From the NCBI RefSeq assembly GCF_009914755.1, contig NC_060925.1: a stretch of 64,000 nt of DNA. One strand, given 5' to 3'. The stretch is from the human T2T-CHM13v2.0 reference genome, Homo sapiens. How positions within the stretch are numbered: the stretch's first letter is position 1; each line of letters begins with the position of its first letter. Below, piece by piece: positions 1 through 25,420 of this stretch. The notes under the pieces were generated by a model that was given only the letters and a program-made list of their open reading frames with translations, searched no databases and had not been told where the DNA came from. Made by a program: the position numbers and the translations under genes.

Positions 1-62
1 ACTCCATCTAAAAAAAAAAAAAAAAAAGAAAGAAAGAAAGAAAGAAAAATAAAGAAGACATA

Positions 63-358
63 GGCCAGGCACAGTGGCTCACGCCTGTAATCCCAGCACT
101 TTGGGAGACCGAGGCTGGTGGATCACTAGGTCAGGAGATTGAGACCATCCTAGCCAACATGGTGAAACCCCGTCTCTACTAAAAATATAAAAATTAGCTG
201 GGCGTGGTGGCGTGTGCCTGTAATCCCAGCTACTCAGGAGGCTGAAGCAGGAGAATTGCTTGAACCAGGGAGTCAGAGGTTGCAGTGAGCCGAGATGGCG
301 CCACAGTCCTCCAGTCTGACAACAGAGCGAGACTCTGTCTCAAGAAAAAAAAAAAAAA
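63..358 (+). mobile_element. Alu (AluS-type)
   Basis: ggccaggcacagtggctcacgcctgtaatcccagc...poly(A). Confidence 0.95.
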
Positions 359-360
359 GA

Positions 361-755
361 TATAAATAAATGGAAATATATCCTATGTTCATGGATTAGA
401 AAACTTAAAGATCTCAATACTACCCAAAGCAATCCATAGATTAAATGTAATCCCTATCAAAACCCCAATGATGTTTTTTGCAGAAATAGAAAATCTATCC
501 TAAAATTCACACGAGAATCTCAAGGGACCCCAAATAGACAAAACAATCTGGAAAAAGAGCAAAATTGGAGGACTCACACTTCCTGATTTCAAAACTTACT
601 ACAAAGCTACAGTAATCAAAACAGTATGGTACTGGCATAAAGACAGACATAGGTCAATGTCATTGAATAGAGCCCAGACATACACCCTCACATGCGTGGT
701 CAAATGAATTTTGAAAAGGGTGGCAGGACCATTCAGTGGGGAGAGGGCAGTGGTT
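361..755 (+). mobile_element. Old L1 (L1M) ORF2 fragment
   Basis: tgttcatggattagaa...cttcctgatttcaaaacttactacaaagctacagtaatcaaaacagtatggtactggcataaagacagac, typical of L1 ORF2. Confidence 0.85.
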
Positions 756-769
756 TTTTGTTTTGTTTT

Positions 770-1737
<968 letters not shown>

Positions 1738-4459
1738 CAATGATCTTATTTCCAATGGCGGCTGGAAAGCGTAAAAAATGCGCAGGCCACCTCTAGCAAG
1801 TAGCTATCAGTATTCCATTTTATGTAATTAGGCAACTGAGACTGAGATAAGTTAAGGGGTTTCCCCCCAGACAGAGGCTGACTGGGACTTTGACCTACCT
1901 CATTTTTGAGTCTACTATTACCAATGGCTGGGATTTTTCCATGTTTCTTTACATCTGCAAAGTGATTTTATCTCTAAAATCAGTCGTTGTATACCTTAAA
2001 TTTTTAATTCACTTGTACATTAGAGAACTGTAGAAAGCTGCAGGACATCCTAGGATGTATTTTTGGAATCCAAACTTTTACTTTTCTTCTCTCCTTGTGT
2101 TCCCTCTCTATTTTGTCCTAGTGTTATCATTTGTACTTCTTGCACTATGGCAAATCCTTTTCTAGAATCAAAGAAGCCATCAGAAAAATACCAAATAGAC
2201 ACCAAGTCATGGATAATGAAATCCATGGAGATGTTTACACCTTCTAATCCAGTAATTTCCTAAGAAAATAATTCAAATGCAGTCAAAAGCTTTCTATATG
2301 AAGACACCTGTGGTTGTGTGAGCCAAAAATTAGATATCACCTAAATGGCCGACATTAGGAAAATGGTTTAGTAAATTAGTGCATGTCATGAAAATGGCCC
2401 ATTATAAAGCCATTTGAGCTAGTGATGATGAAGGCCATGGAGATCTGGGGAACTGCTTAAGGGATAACGTTAGCTGAGAAAAGCAGACTGTGCTCATGGG
2501 CTGGAATCCAAAAGGAAGATGCAAAAATGAGATGGCTGTATTAGCTTATAACATTCTGAATTATTTTCTTTTTTAGGTTGCCATATTTTTTGTCTTTTCC
2601 ATTTTAAAATCTAGACTCCCCAAAGGCAGTGCCAAGCTTGGAAAACAGAGAGGTCCTGGCAGGACTTGTGCCCCACATGGCTCAGCTACAGAGCTACTGA
2701 AGTGGAGACACTGACGGAGGTCTTCCGGGATGAGGTCTTCTGCAGTAGGGCTCATGGTGGGTGGGGTAAGGCGGAGCACAGAGGGCTACTCAGGAAAGAA
2801 GGCATCTAACAAGAGCTTTGGTTAAAAAATATAAATATATATTTAACTATGTATACATACTGCAGAAAAAAAAAGAGAAATTTTTTTAAAAATAGGCTGA
2901 AGTTGGAGTAGGAGTGATCCAGAGGGTCCCCTGCAAAAACACTCCTGGAGAATGTGACTGTGATCCAGGCCCTGATGCCATCAGGGAGAACGGTCCTGGT
3001 GAGAGAGACAGCAAGTGCTGTGGCCGCAACGCAGGCAGGTTTGCATGGCTGGATCTATGTGACTGAGGGAAGTCACAGTTCACCCAGAGGAGCTGGGGGC
3101 CCATCTGGCAGGAACAGAGGTGGCTCTGGCAACCCCATAATAGTAACACCAAAATCTATTGACCTCTTACCCCACACAGCTAAAGCTCAGAAACCACTGG
3201 TCATTGGCATTCTCCCAGCTGATATGAGGGGCGCGGAATTCTGCCCCATGTTTTTTGCCTCTCAACTATCCCACTGCTTCTCACGGAGGCCCCCAGCCTC
3301 CAAAGGGGGGCCTCTTTGATCTGTGACAGCCATGTTTTTCTCCAGATTTTGTGGTTCATTGCTTCTGGTTGTTTTCTTGGTAGAGACTCCGGAATCTGCC
3401 CCAGGTGTCTGGGAATGACGTGAAACAGCACAGCAAGGAGGCCTGAGGCGTGAATGTGATGGTGCTGGGTCTGCCTGGCAGCCTGTGGGGGCGGAGGGAT
3501 GCCTAAGTGGGGGATGCCGTTAAGAATGGCCAGAAGAGACAGGGTGAGCAGAGAGGCTGAGAAGAGACAGCAGATCAGAGCAGGGGGTGTGGGGGAAAGG
3601 AAAGAGGGGGTCAGGCGGGGCGCTAAGGCAGCTCCGTTCACGTGTCAGCCTCAGCCCACAAATCTGATGTGAAGGCCTTGCCTAGGGTGTTCTGCACTGT
3701 ATGCATGGCTTGGTTCTTGGAGAGCCTCGGTTCTTAGAGAGCCTCATTAATGCAAAACTCCCCGTAGGGCAGGACTCATTCCCCACAAGAATAAATATAC
3801 AGTAGGAGGAGATGTTCCCTCCGCACAGAAAATCCACGACCACTGCAGCATATTGTCATTGCTTTCTGTCTTCTCAGCCCGATCTCTCAAATCCCAAAGA
3901 GGGGTCACCCCAAAATTGACGGCTCAGCCTCAGAGAGGTGGCTACTTGGTTGCCTATCACGCTGACGTTGCACACCAAAGTTATCGACTTTAATGCACAT
4001 TTTTCAGCCCTGGTGCTGTTACCTCCTAATGAATGGGTGGATGACATGTTGGAGGGTTTTAAAATTATTATTTAAAAATGATTTTTAAATTATTTATTAT
4101 TATATTTAAATTAATTATTAAATGATTTTTAAATTAAATATTTTTAAAGTATTATAGTGAGTTATAAAATAGCAATACAAGAGTCCTCAAAACCCAGGAC
4201 AGGTGTTCTGATGCATGTAAACAGACCCCTCGCCAGGCACTAGTGAAGAACGGGGACCTTTCTATTTCTGCTCTCAGCTGACGTGGCGCCACCATGTGGT
4301 AACTGCGTTAAGCACCAGGTCACGCAGCCTGCGGAGGCAAAGCAAGGACCCGACTCCAAAGGGATATCTTAATCACTGCATGCTGGCTTTGAAATCTTGC
4401 TGTTTTCTGTGAGTTTTGTTTTAATGATGGAAATCTACATTATGCCAAATTTGGCTCAT

Positions 4460-6840
4460 ATTTTTTTTTTATTTTTTATTTTTTTAGAGACAGGTGACAG
4501 ACTGGCTCTGTCACTCAGGCCGGAGTGCAATAGTGTAAACATGGCTCACTGTAGCCTCGACCTCCAGGGCTCAAGCGATCTTCCTGCCTAAACATCCCAA
4601 GTAGCTGGGACCATAGGCACACACCACCAGGCCTGGCTAATGTTTTAAATTTTATGATAGAGACTGGTCTCAAACTCCTCGTCTCAAGAGATCCTCCCAC
4701 CTTGGCCTCCCAAACTGTTGGGATTACAGGCGTGAACCACCACAGATGCTTTTGTATGGTTCTCCTTTACATTCAAATTAGAATCCACATGAGACGCAAC
4801 CAGACTGTGGGCTCTGTGCCAGGCTGGGGGCCTGGCTGCAGGGTAGGCCTGGCCCTCCCCTCAGAGCTGACCAGGGGATAAGCCCATCTCAATACAATGA
4901 GACAGTGCTATGGTAGGGGAGGGACAGAGGCTGCAGGAGCACAAAGGCCAGCTAACCCTGACTTTGGCCAAGAAAGGGGGTGTTTAGGGAAGTGACAATA
5001 AATTGTAACCAGAAGGATGGATGATTAAGAGTCAGCCAGGTGCCAGGCACGGTGGCTCATGCCTGTTATCCCAGCACTTTGGGAGGCGGAGGTGGGAGTA
5101 TCACTTGAACCCAACAGTTCAAGACTAGCCTGGGCAATATAGTGAGACCCCCATCTCTAAAACAAAATAAGTAAAAATGAATTTTAAAAAAAGAGTTAGC
5201 CAGGGGAGCAGGTAGAAGAGCAAGCAAGAGCCTGGACATCCTGGGAAGGCTGGGCCGTGCTGGGGACTCGGAGCATGCCAGGCTGGGGAAGGTGAAGTGG
5301 CAGGGGCCAGGTCACCAAAGGCCTTGGAAGCCCTGCTACTGAGTCCTAAGAGTGACAGCAGATATTCACGTGACAAAGGCCCTCCCTGCTGTTGAGACTG
5401 AGACTGGATGGGGCATGGGAGGAGCACAAGACTGACTAACTGTCCAGAAAGTAGGTATGCCTGCTCAGCCTGCATTCCTAATTCCCCTGCCCTTTCTGTC
5501 TTTCATTTGATTCATAGGAGAAAGAGGGACCAGAGGCTCCGAAGGAAGAGCATTGCTGGACCACACACTGTGGATAAGACAGGAGGTGAGGCAGAGCAGG
5601 GTTTCTACAGCCCCGAGAGTGGCAGCCTTCCTCACTTCCTGTTACTGTTGTCCTGAGGGAACTCTGCTGGCGACAGCGGGGTGGGGGACTCTTATGTGAC
5701 ACTGGGTCCTCCGGGGTGGGAGCGGGGGGCAGGCTGGGTTTTCAGTTATTAAAATGAACCAATCACTGTACACACACCAATTAGTGCATTAAATATTATT
5801 AAAGTTGCCTGGGCACAGTGGCTCACGCCTGTAATCCCAGCACTTTGGGAGGCCGAAGTGAGCAGATTGCTTGAACCCAGGAGTTCAAGACCAGCCTGGG
5901 CAACATGGCAAAACCCTGTCTCTACAAAAAAAAAATAGAAAAATTAGCTGGGCATGGTAGTGTGCACCTGTAGCCCCAGCTACTCAGGAGGCTGAGGTGG
6001 GAGGATCACCTGAGCTTGGGAGTGGGTTCTGTTATTTTCCCCATTTGCTGAGCTGTCTAGAGATGAACTGGCCCAGGGCTGTGTGATAGATAGGTCAGTA
6101 GCCCATCCAGGGTTAATCAAGTGTTCTCAATCACTTGTGGTCAAGTTATGGGCATGGGTCATGACAGTGACTTAATACAGTTCATGTCAAATTATAAATT
6201 CCAGGAGACTGAAACTCTGTTTTTCCCCTATCCCCAGCACCTAACGCACAGCCTGGTATATACAGATGGTGCTCAATAAACACTTACTGGATGAATGATG
6301 TGACCAGAGACTGCTCTCCTAGGTAGCCTCCACCCAACTCCACCAACGTGGAATAGGGATGGGGCAGTTGGATGTGCACAGGAGAAATAGACCACAGGTG
6401 CCCATGTCACAGCTGGACGAGCTGGACAGCGCTATGGTATAACAGTGCTCACTTCTCTGGCAGATCAGGCTGGAGGCAAGGAACTGATATACCTTCTGAA
6501 TGTTCCAGTCCGTGGAGAGCCTAGGGCAGAGGGGACTCCCTGGGACAGAATTTCTAGCGCTCCCTGATATTCCTGTCATGACCCACAAACTAGGAACCCC
6601 ATGTTTGTCTCTCTTCCCTCTTTTTTTATAAGAAAATCAGATAACACTGTAATAGGAGTTAAGTTTAAAATTAGAGCATACAGCAAAACTACAAAGAATC
6701 CAAGTAATACATTTAAAAAACAAAACAAAAATAGAGACAGGGTCTCGCTGTGTTGCCCAGGCTGGTCTCGAACTCCTGGCTCAAGCAATCCTCCTGCCTC
6801 GGCCTCCCAAAGTGTTGGGCATGAGACACTGCACCCAGCC
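4460..6840. mobile_element. Alu/FLAM copies in CASP9 intron 6 (about 4460-4742 -, 5041-5175 +, 5806-6020 +, 6730-6840 -)
   Basis: Alu consensus matches. Confidence 0.85.
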
Positions 6841-7127
6841 CAAGTAATCTTTAAATGTTCCTCGAACCCCCACAACTACACTTTTGAAAATTCCAATATT
6901 TAAATTCTTTGGTTTCTCCATGCAGTTTAGCTGTGGCCACCCTTTCTCTGGGATAGTGGAAACGGGGTCTAGTTGATGGAGGTCAGGAGAATGGTGACAA
7001 GAAAAATAAAAAGAGGTTTCTCCTCTCTCTTCTGCTTTCTTTTTGCCAAGTCTTTGGAATTGAAGCTGCCAAAGTTACTTGAGCCCATGATGCCACTGTG
7101 CCATGAAACAGAAGACTCTGACCTCTA

Positions 7128-7460
<333 letters not shown>

Positions 7461-7719
7461 CTAGAAGACCAAGAACCCTGGTTACAAAACCAAGAAGTTG
7501 GAGTAGGAATCCAACAGCCTGTTCAGAGGTTTTGTGGGAGCCAAGGATTTGGAAGGTCAAAGCCAGGGGCACGAGGCTGATTGAGACAGAGCAGGTTGGT
7601 TCTGGAAAGACCCTGGTCAGCATCTGGAAAGACACCTTGACAGCAAGGGGTTGCATGTCAAACTCATGTGCCTCTAGGGGCCAGTGTGCCTGGAGAGTGC
7701 TGGCTGCGGCCTCTAGACC

Positions 7720-8020
7720 AGTGGTTCTCAAAGTTTGGCCCCTGCAGCAGCGGCATCAATATCGCTTGGGAACTTGTAAGAAATGTGATTCCTGGGCCCC
7801 ACCCAGACCTCCTAATCAGCAGTATGGTCCTCCAGGCCCCTCTGACTGAGGCAGCTCAACGCTGAGAGTGGCTGCTTTAAATCAGTTCAGCTCAGACCTC
7901 AAGGGCATGGAAATCACCTGGAAACCTTGTTGCTGGGCGGACTTGGAATGAAGAGGTCCAGGGTAGGGCCTGGGAGTCCACATTCTTCATGAGCTCTAGG
8001 GACCATATTATGAGAGAAAG
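7720..8020. mobile_element. MER5-family hAT elements
   Basis: cagtggttctcaaagt...gggccccacccagacctcct, followed by a second degenerate copy. Confidence 0.65.
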
Positions 8021-8690
8021 GACCAAAGGGAAAGCCCTGCCCAGCCACAGGCTGGAGTTTTACTGGCTGAAGATGCTGGCCTCGTCAGGCCAGACCTTTG
8101 CGGTTTGTCAAGAGAAACTAGAAATCCTGATTTTTATGTGAAATTTGCCAGTTTTCAAAACACCGTGCAGACCACAGGGGGACTCCAGGCCCCAGCTTAT
8201 AACTGTGATCTGTCCAACTCCTCAACTTAAAAGATGAGGAAACTGAGGCCCAGTAAGGGGTAAGGGCTTAATCACAGTGACAAATACGTAAGGGGCCAAG
8301 CCCCCAGTGGGCCTGGTGTCCTGAGTCCCACCAGCAGCAAGGGGCCTGGGGCAGTGCCTCACAGGACAGAGACAGGAGCTGAGACAACATGTGTGCTGTA
8401 CCCGCCTCTGAACAAACTCTGGGTGCAGGAGCTTCGTGAGCAGACCTGGTCTCTGCCCTCCCTCTCCCAGAGGGCTTCTCCCAGGAACACCGACCTGCCC
8501 AGGACGGTGCAGCCAACTCCTCAGAGGACCACATGGCTCCCAAGAAAACAACAGGAGGTGGGCAGGGCCCCACAGCCCTTTTCCACAAAGCCAAGGGTGT
8601 TTTGGACACAAGAAGGGACATGGCCCCTGCACAGCCTCTTGGCACGGCCAGTACCCAATGCCTGCCCAGGGAACAGTGGGAGGCTTCCTA

Positions 8691-9391
<701 letters not shown>

Positions 9392-9600
9392 TCACACAGC
9401 AGGTGGCCGAGAGAGCCAGTCCTCAAACCCGGACTTCTGCGTCTGAACTTGAACCTGTAGCCGCTGGGCCGTCCTACCTCCCATGGTCCTCCAGATGTAA
9501 GGGCTCGCCTGGGGAGTCAGCTGGCTTTTGGAGTCCCTCAAAAGATACTTCCCCACCCACTGCCCCCCACCCTGTCTCCCTCCACAGATAGTGAGTGTAC

Positions 9601-9777
9601 CTTGGCAGTCAGGTCGCCCTTCACCTCCACCATGAAATGCAGCGAGGAGAAGCGACGCCGCAACTTCTCACAGTCGATGTTGGAGCCAGTGCGGGTGCGG
9701 AGCCCGGACTCACGGCAGAAGTTCACATTGTTGATAATGAGGCAGTGGCCACAGGGCTCCATGCTCAGGATGTAAGC
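9601..9777 (-). CDS. CASP9: Caspase-9 exon 4 (large subunit)
   Basis: [59 protein letters not shown]; CAG acceptor; donor AAG|GTACAC; 177 nt. Confidence 0.99.
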
Positions 9778-10574
9778 CTGCCAGCACAGGGACCCACGTA
9801 AACCCGGGCTCTCCCCACGCTCCCTAGAGGACAGTCTGGAGAGGCGGGAAGAAAACGGGGTCTGCCCTCTCGCACAAGGAGTAGCAGGGTCTCCACCCGG
9901 CATTCCAGGGCAAAAGAGAAGCAACTGCAGGGAAGACTAGCACTAGAAGGTGACCCCCCCATCTTGGTATTAAGGGAAGGGAGCTGGTAACCTGGAAATC
10001 CAACAGCCATGAGCATTCATCCCAAAGGACCTCACGGGTCACCTAGGCCGGGGTGTACCTGAGAACTCTGTCAGCAGAACCATGCCCAGGCCACCTGGAG
10101 GCACCCAAGGCTGCCCTCTCCCCAGGCTCAGTCCCCTTGTAATTCTCTCAAGGCAGCCTGTTCTTTTGTTGATGGTACTTATCACTATTTCTATTTATAT
10201 ACTCATTTGTCTAACTTCTCTCTCGCCTAACTGACTGATGGCTCCTTCCCAGGTGGCCCCAGCACAGAGCATGGGAGCCACACAATAAATACTTGTGAAT
10301 GAGAGAGTGGCGACTTGGTCTGGATCCCGATGACTGCCCCTCATCAGGTCTGCCCTGCTTCTGCTGTCAGCTTTGCAGATGAGGAAGCGCAGAGATGAAC
10401 AATCTGCCCCAGCAGGCGCTGGGCCGGAGTCAGGGAGGCTGAGACCAGACCCCCACTGCACTGCCTAGGGTTGGGTTCCCTGGGCTCCTGACACACCTGC
10501 AGGGAAGGACCTGAGGGGTGGGGAGGGAAGGGCCCAGAGCCCGAGCTACTGGCCCAAATTTCATGGAGACTCAC

Positions 10575-10609
10575 CAAATCTGCATTTCCCCTCAAACTCT
10601 CAAGAGCAC
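10575..10609 (-). CDS. CASP9: Caspase-9 exon 3 (35 nt)
   Basis: Pyrimidine tract and CAG acceptor; (G)ALESLRGNADL; donor TTG|GTGAGT; phase fits exons 2 and 4. Confidence 0.98.
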
Positions 10610-11002
10610 CTGAAGAGGCAGAGAAAGAGAGAAACATGAATGTTGGGTTACAGCAGAGGAGGGGCAAGGGGCTCTGTGAGGACAGCCCCCCAAGAACGGA
10701 GCAGCGAGAACTCAGACCCTCAGACTCTGCTGGTGGGAGAGCCACCTTGGAGATCTGTTTAGAGGTTTCTAACAAAGTTAAACACACACCTACCCTCTGA
10801 CAGCAAGTCCACCCTTAGGTATATATCAAAGAGCAAGGAGTGCAAACGGGCACAAAAGACTTGGCCAAAATGTTCCCTGAGGCCTTATTCATCACGCCCC
10901 AACATGGAAACAACCAATCTAACAACAGTTTGGTAGATATACAAATTGTGATACAGCCACACAAGAGAACATTACACAGCCTAAAAAGGAATGAGCTACT
11001 GA

Positions 11003-12000
<998 letters not shown>

Positions 12001-12044
12001 CTGATACACGCAATGCGGGATAACCTTGAAAATGTGCTGCGTAA

Positions 12045-12947
<903 letters not shown>

Positions 12948-13640
12948 TAAACAAGGAGAATACAGTGGCCACCTCCAAGTTGCAGTGGAGCCCATACTCC
13001 TGTTCCAATAACAGTGCCATTCCTTGCTTAGAACAGGTCTGAACTATTCTGCCAGCTTAAAGGCCACAGCAGAAAAGCACTCACATCCCATTCACATCCC
13101 ATTTTTAAAGTTAGAAATGGTTTTACCTACCCTGAAAATTCCTATTCATCCACAGACTTCATTCTGAGAACATTTGCTCATTTCCAAAATTCCGCTGTAC
13201 CCCAAAAATATAACTACTATCCACTACTGAGGAATTCACTCATTCCCCAAATTAGAAATATCTATTGATAAAGCAAAATGACTGCTCTCAAGAGGCCAAG
13301 GGCTACAGGTGCCCATGGAGGGAGCAAATCAACCAAGGGGTGCCCAAAGAAAGAGGGAGAGGAGACACTCCAGGCAGAGGCCCCGGCATGAGCAAAGGCA
13401 GGGAGGATGCAGGAGCATGGCATGTTCAGGGCCCCTCAAGTTGGGTGACATGGTCAGATACAAGGTGCATGAGACCAGTTTCTCCTGAAATGGCCACTCC
13501 CATGGGGACAATAAACACACATGGCTAAGTGTGTGCAAAAGAATCAGTCTTCCAGCCTGAGTCACTGGGCATGTGCCCAGGTCTCCAACACAAACAGAAG
13601 AGGGCAAGCACATCCTCTCTGCCACCCAAGGGAAAGAAGG

Positions 13641-14567
<927 letters not shown>

Positions 14568-14923
14568 GAAGGGAAGATGCCCTAGGACTGGCCCTCCCCA
14601 GCCCTTGGCAATTTAGAAATCACAGAAGGAAGCAGAGCTGACCAACAAGACCCAAGGCTCACTCAATAGGAGGCCCCATGTGAAGTCCCTCCACACACTG
14701 CCTCATTTACTCCTCAGAGCAGGCCCTTCAGCACAGAAGTACTGGCACACATCCCCATTTGCCAGAGGGGAATTGGGGGCTCAGAGACCCTGAGTTGTAA
14801 TGGGAGGTGAGCACAGCCACCAGCCCCAGAGCAAAGAGACCAAGAAGCCAGGTAGGGCTGAAAAGCCAACTTCTACTTTCAAGGAAGTTCCAACCCAGGC
14901 AAGGCATGAGCAGAGAAAGCCAC

Positions 14924-16589
<1,666 letters not shown>

Positions 16590-16771
16590 CCCCATCTGTA
16601 TTACAGGATAATAGGAGCAACTACCAACCTCATAGGATTGTGATGACACCTCAAACAATTAATACATGTGAGGCACATAGAACAATACCCGACACACTTG
16701 ACAACTCAATAAAACTGATGTGTCCACATTATTATTCATTGACACTCATGCTCAATGAATATGTATGAGTG

Positions 16772-16993
16772 CAGTGTGTGTACTCAGCCCCACCACACTA
16801 ACCCTTTGGGCCAGATTCTTCTTTATTGTGCAGAGCTACTCTGTACACTGTTGGGTTTTGGCAGCATCTCTGTCTACCCACTAGATGCCAGTAGCACCCA
16901 CCCACCCTCAGCTATAACAACCAGATTTGTCTCTAGACATTGTCAAATGTCCCTTGGAGGTCGGGGAAAAATCGTCCCCAGTGTGAAACACTG
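16772..16993. mobile_element. MER20 DNA transposon fossil
   Basis: ctacccactagatgccagtagcac and tctctagacattgtcaaatgtccc hallmarks. Confidence 0.8.
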
Positions 16994-17391
16994 ACCTACA
17001 GCATCCTTTCCTGTATTCACTTATTAAAGGCTCTGCTGCTGGCCCTATTCTTGCTCAGCCAGACCTTCCCATACATATGAATACACAGCTCTTCCTTTGT
17101 GGGTCACCATGAAACCTACCTTGGGAAACATTCCCATGCAGTACTCTGGAGTCTAAGGCCCAGCATCTAAAAAGGACATCTCTCAGCAGCTCATGGAAAA
17201 TGGGACAGTCGCTCTATTAAGCCAGAAGACCTAGGCCCAAGTCCTAGCTCTGTACTGGAACTCACTTTGTGACTGTTGCTCTCAGAACCCAGTTTCCTCC
17301 CCTGTAAGTAGCATATAATGACAGACGGGCTTGCCATGTCTACCACGGCACAGGGTGGTTTTGATGACCTGAAAAAACACTGTGTATACTA

Positions 17392-19984
<2,593 letters not shown>

Positions 19985-20811
19985 ATTTCAAAGATACAAT
20001 GATGAATGAAAGAAGCCAGGCTCAAGAGCATATAAGACTATATAGGATTTATATTGAAGTTTAAGGACAAGCAAAAGGGATCTCTGGCGATAGAGATGAG
20101 AACGGTGATTACCTTGGGAAAGGGAAAGTGGGAAGAAATGGAAAGAGAGTCAACGGTCTTACAGGACCCCGGAATGTTTTCATCTTGATGATATGGGTGT
20201 TAGTTACCTGTGGGTATGCATAGGTAAAAATCACCCAGCTTACTCTTGGGATTTATGCATTTTGTTGGATGTAGCCGTGTGACCTTTGGCAAAGTGTTTA
20301 ATTTCCGTGAGCTTCAGTCAGTTTCTCCATCAACAAGGATGGGTCTAATGATACCTGCCTTGCAAGGTTGCTATAAACGAAGAAGGTAAGGGTAAATACT
20401 TTGCAGATGTCTGTTTGTATGGGGCAGATACAACTGAGGCCTGTCTCCTGCCCCCAGACATGAGGTAGTCCAGGCTACCCACCCAGACTGAAAGGCAAAT
20501 CCAAAACAATAGATGGCTCTGGAAACATTGATCAAAACCTGGGGCCTGCTATCTCAAAGGCAGGAAAAAAAACAAAAACAAAAACAAAAAACCTGGGACA
20601 TCCAAAACAGACCTCAACACATGCTTTTCAGAGGAGGGGCTGCCAAGATTCAACCTCCTGAAAACCTCCCAGAATTTTGCCATCCCTATGAACATTCAGA
20701 AAGACAATGCTAAAATTAAATTCTGAATCTCAGCCCACCCAGCTGTACTCATAGTGAGTCCCAAATGACTACGTGTCATGCCCACCCACCAATCACTCTC
20801 TTGCTACTTAC

Positions 20812-21097
20812 CGACATCACCAAATCCTCCAGAACCAATGTCCACTGGTCTGGGTGTTTCCGGTCTGAGAACCTCTGGTTTGCGAATCTCTGGTCTGAGC
20901 ACCACTGGGGTAAGGTTTTCTAGGGTTGGCTTCGACAACTTTGCTGCTTGCCTGTTAGTTCGCAGAAACGAAGCCAGCATGTCCTGGCCTGTGTCCTCTA
21001 AGCAGGAGATGAACAAAGGAAGAGCCTGACTCCCTCGAGTCTCCAGATCTATGATCAGCTGCCTGGCCTGATCCCGCCGAGATCCAGAGCCTGCCCG
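20812..21097 (-). CDS. CASP9: Caspase-9 exon 2 (CARD C-terminal half and linker, includes PETP/Thr125)
   Basis: Acceptor CAG (21098-21100); [44 protein letters not shown]...GFGDV; donor G|GTAAGT; 286 nt. Confidence 0.99.
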
Positions 21098-21484
21098 CTG
21101 TTTGGAAAGAAAGGCAGGATACTAATTATCCACGTACTTTTATATGGCTCTCACCTTGTCTCCCCATTTCCCAGCTACTGTAAGTCTAAACAATCAGGCA
21201 CGTGGGCAGCAATGGAGCTGCAGGTGCACTGTGTGCCATTTACCAGCCTTTGCTGATCTGTTCATTATTTTGCAGGGCAAAAGATGCCCAGCACTATGCT
21301 AAGTGCTGAAAATGCTGCCATGGACAGTCTCAGTCCTTAAGGAGCAAATTTCTAATGGGGAATGCAATCAGACAAATCAGCAATGACACAACAAGAGACA
21401 AGTGCCCAGAGGGAAGCACATGGGGCTGAGGATATCATGAAGTGAATAGCGAATTCAGAGTCTTATGAGGTGGGAGGTAGATAG

Positions 21485-22720
<1,236 letters not shown>

Positions 22721-22862
22721 ATTGAGAGGTGTCAGGATGGTGGGGTCAGTCACTAAGAAGGAAGAGTCTGGTTATCTGCCACCTGTCCTCAGATACCCAG
22801 CACTGGACAGGTTCTCAGGATCCACAGGGATAAGATGGCACCGTGTCCTCAACTATCCTACA

Positions 22863-24658
<1,796 letters not shown>

Positions 24659-25136
24659 GACCTACAGTGCCACTGAGAAGGTAAGTCTCACTAGCAGAAC
24701 AGTTGGCTACATGCAAATAGATGGTGGTGTTTAGGTTTCTCTCCACATTTGCTGAACACTCCAGGAGGTCAACACTGTGTTAAATGCATTGTTTCATCTT
24801 TTTCTCCCTCAATAACTTTATAGAGTTAAATTAGAACTTCCCAACTTTTTAGGGTAAAAAATTTCAGGGAAACTGAGTCATAGGGTTTTTCTGTTTGTTT
24901 GGCTCATTGGTTGTGGTTTTTTACAACTTGCTAATATGTAACAAGGCCAGGATGAGAGCCCAGATCCAACTGGTTCCAAAACCTGCCTGTTTTTCAGCCA
25001 TACTGAATGGCAAAATGGCAACCTGTGGTTCCCACAAGGTTCTTAAAAAATTTCTGAATTTGTTGCTAACATTTTAAGCCAGGGAATTTGACAGAGGAAT
25101 CAAGATTTTCAGCTTCTTTTTTAAGATGTGAAAGCT

Positions 25137-25420
25137 GGGCCGGGTACAGTGGCTCACACCTGTAATCCCAACACTGAGGCAGGAGAATCACTTGAGGCCA
25201 AGAGTTTGAGACTCATCTAGGCAACATAGCAAGACTCCTATCTGTACAAAAAAAAAATTTTTTTTAATTAGCCAGGCATGGTGGCATGTGCCTAAAGTCC
25301 CAGCTGCTCTAAAGGCTGAGGCAGGAAGACCACTTAAGCCCAGGAGGTCAAGGTCGCAGTGAGCCATGATCTCATCCCTGCACTCCAGGCTGGGCAAGAG
25401 TGAGACCCTGCCTCAAAATA
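25137..25420 (+). mobile_element. AluJ-like
   Basis: Alu consensus. Confidence 0.85.

Noticed and set aside
4057-4150. Very AT-rich quasi-palindromic stretch
   Set aside because: Low complexity; symmetry expected from composition
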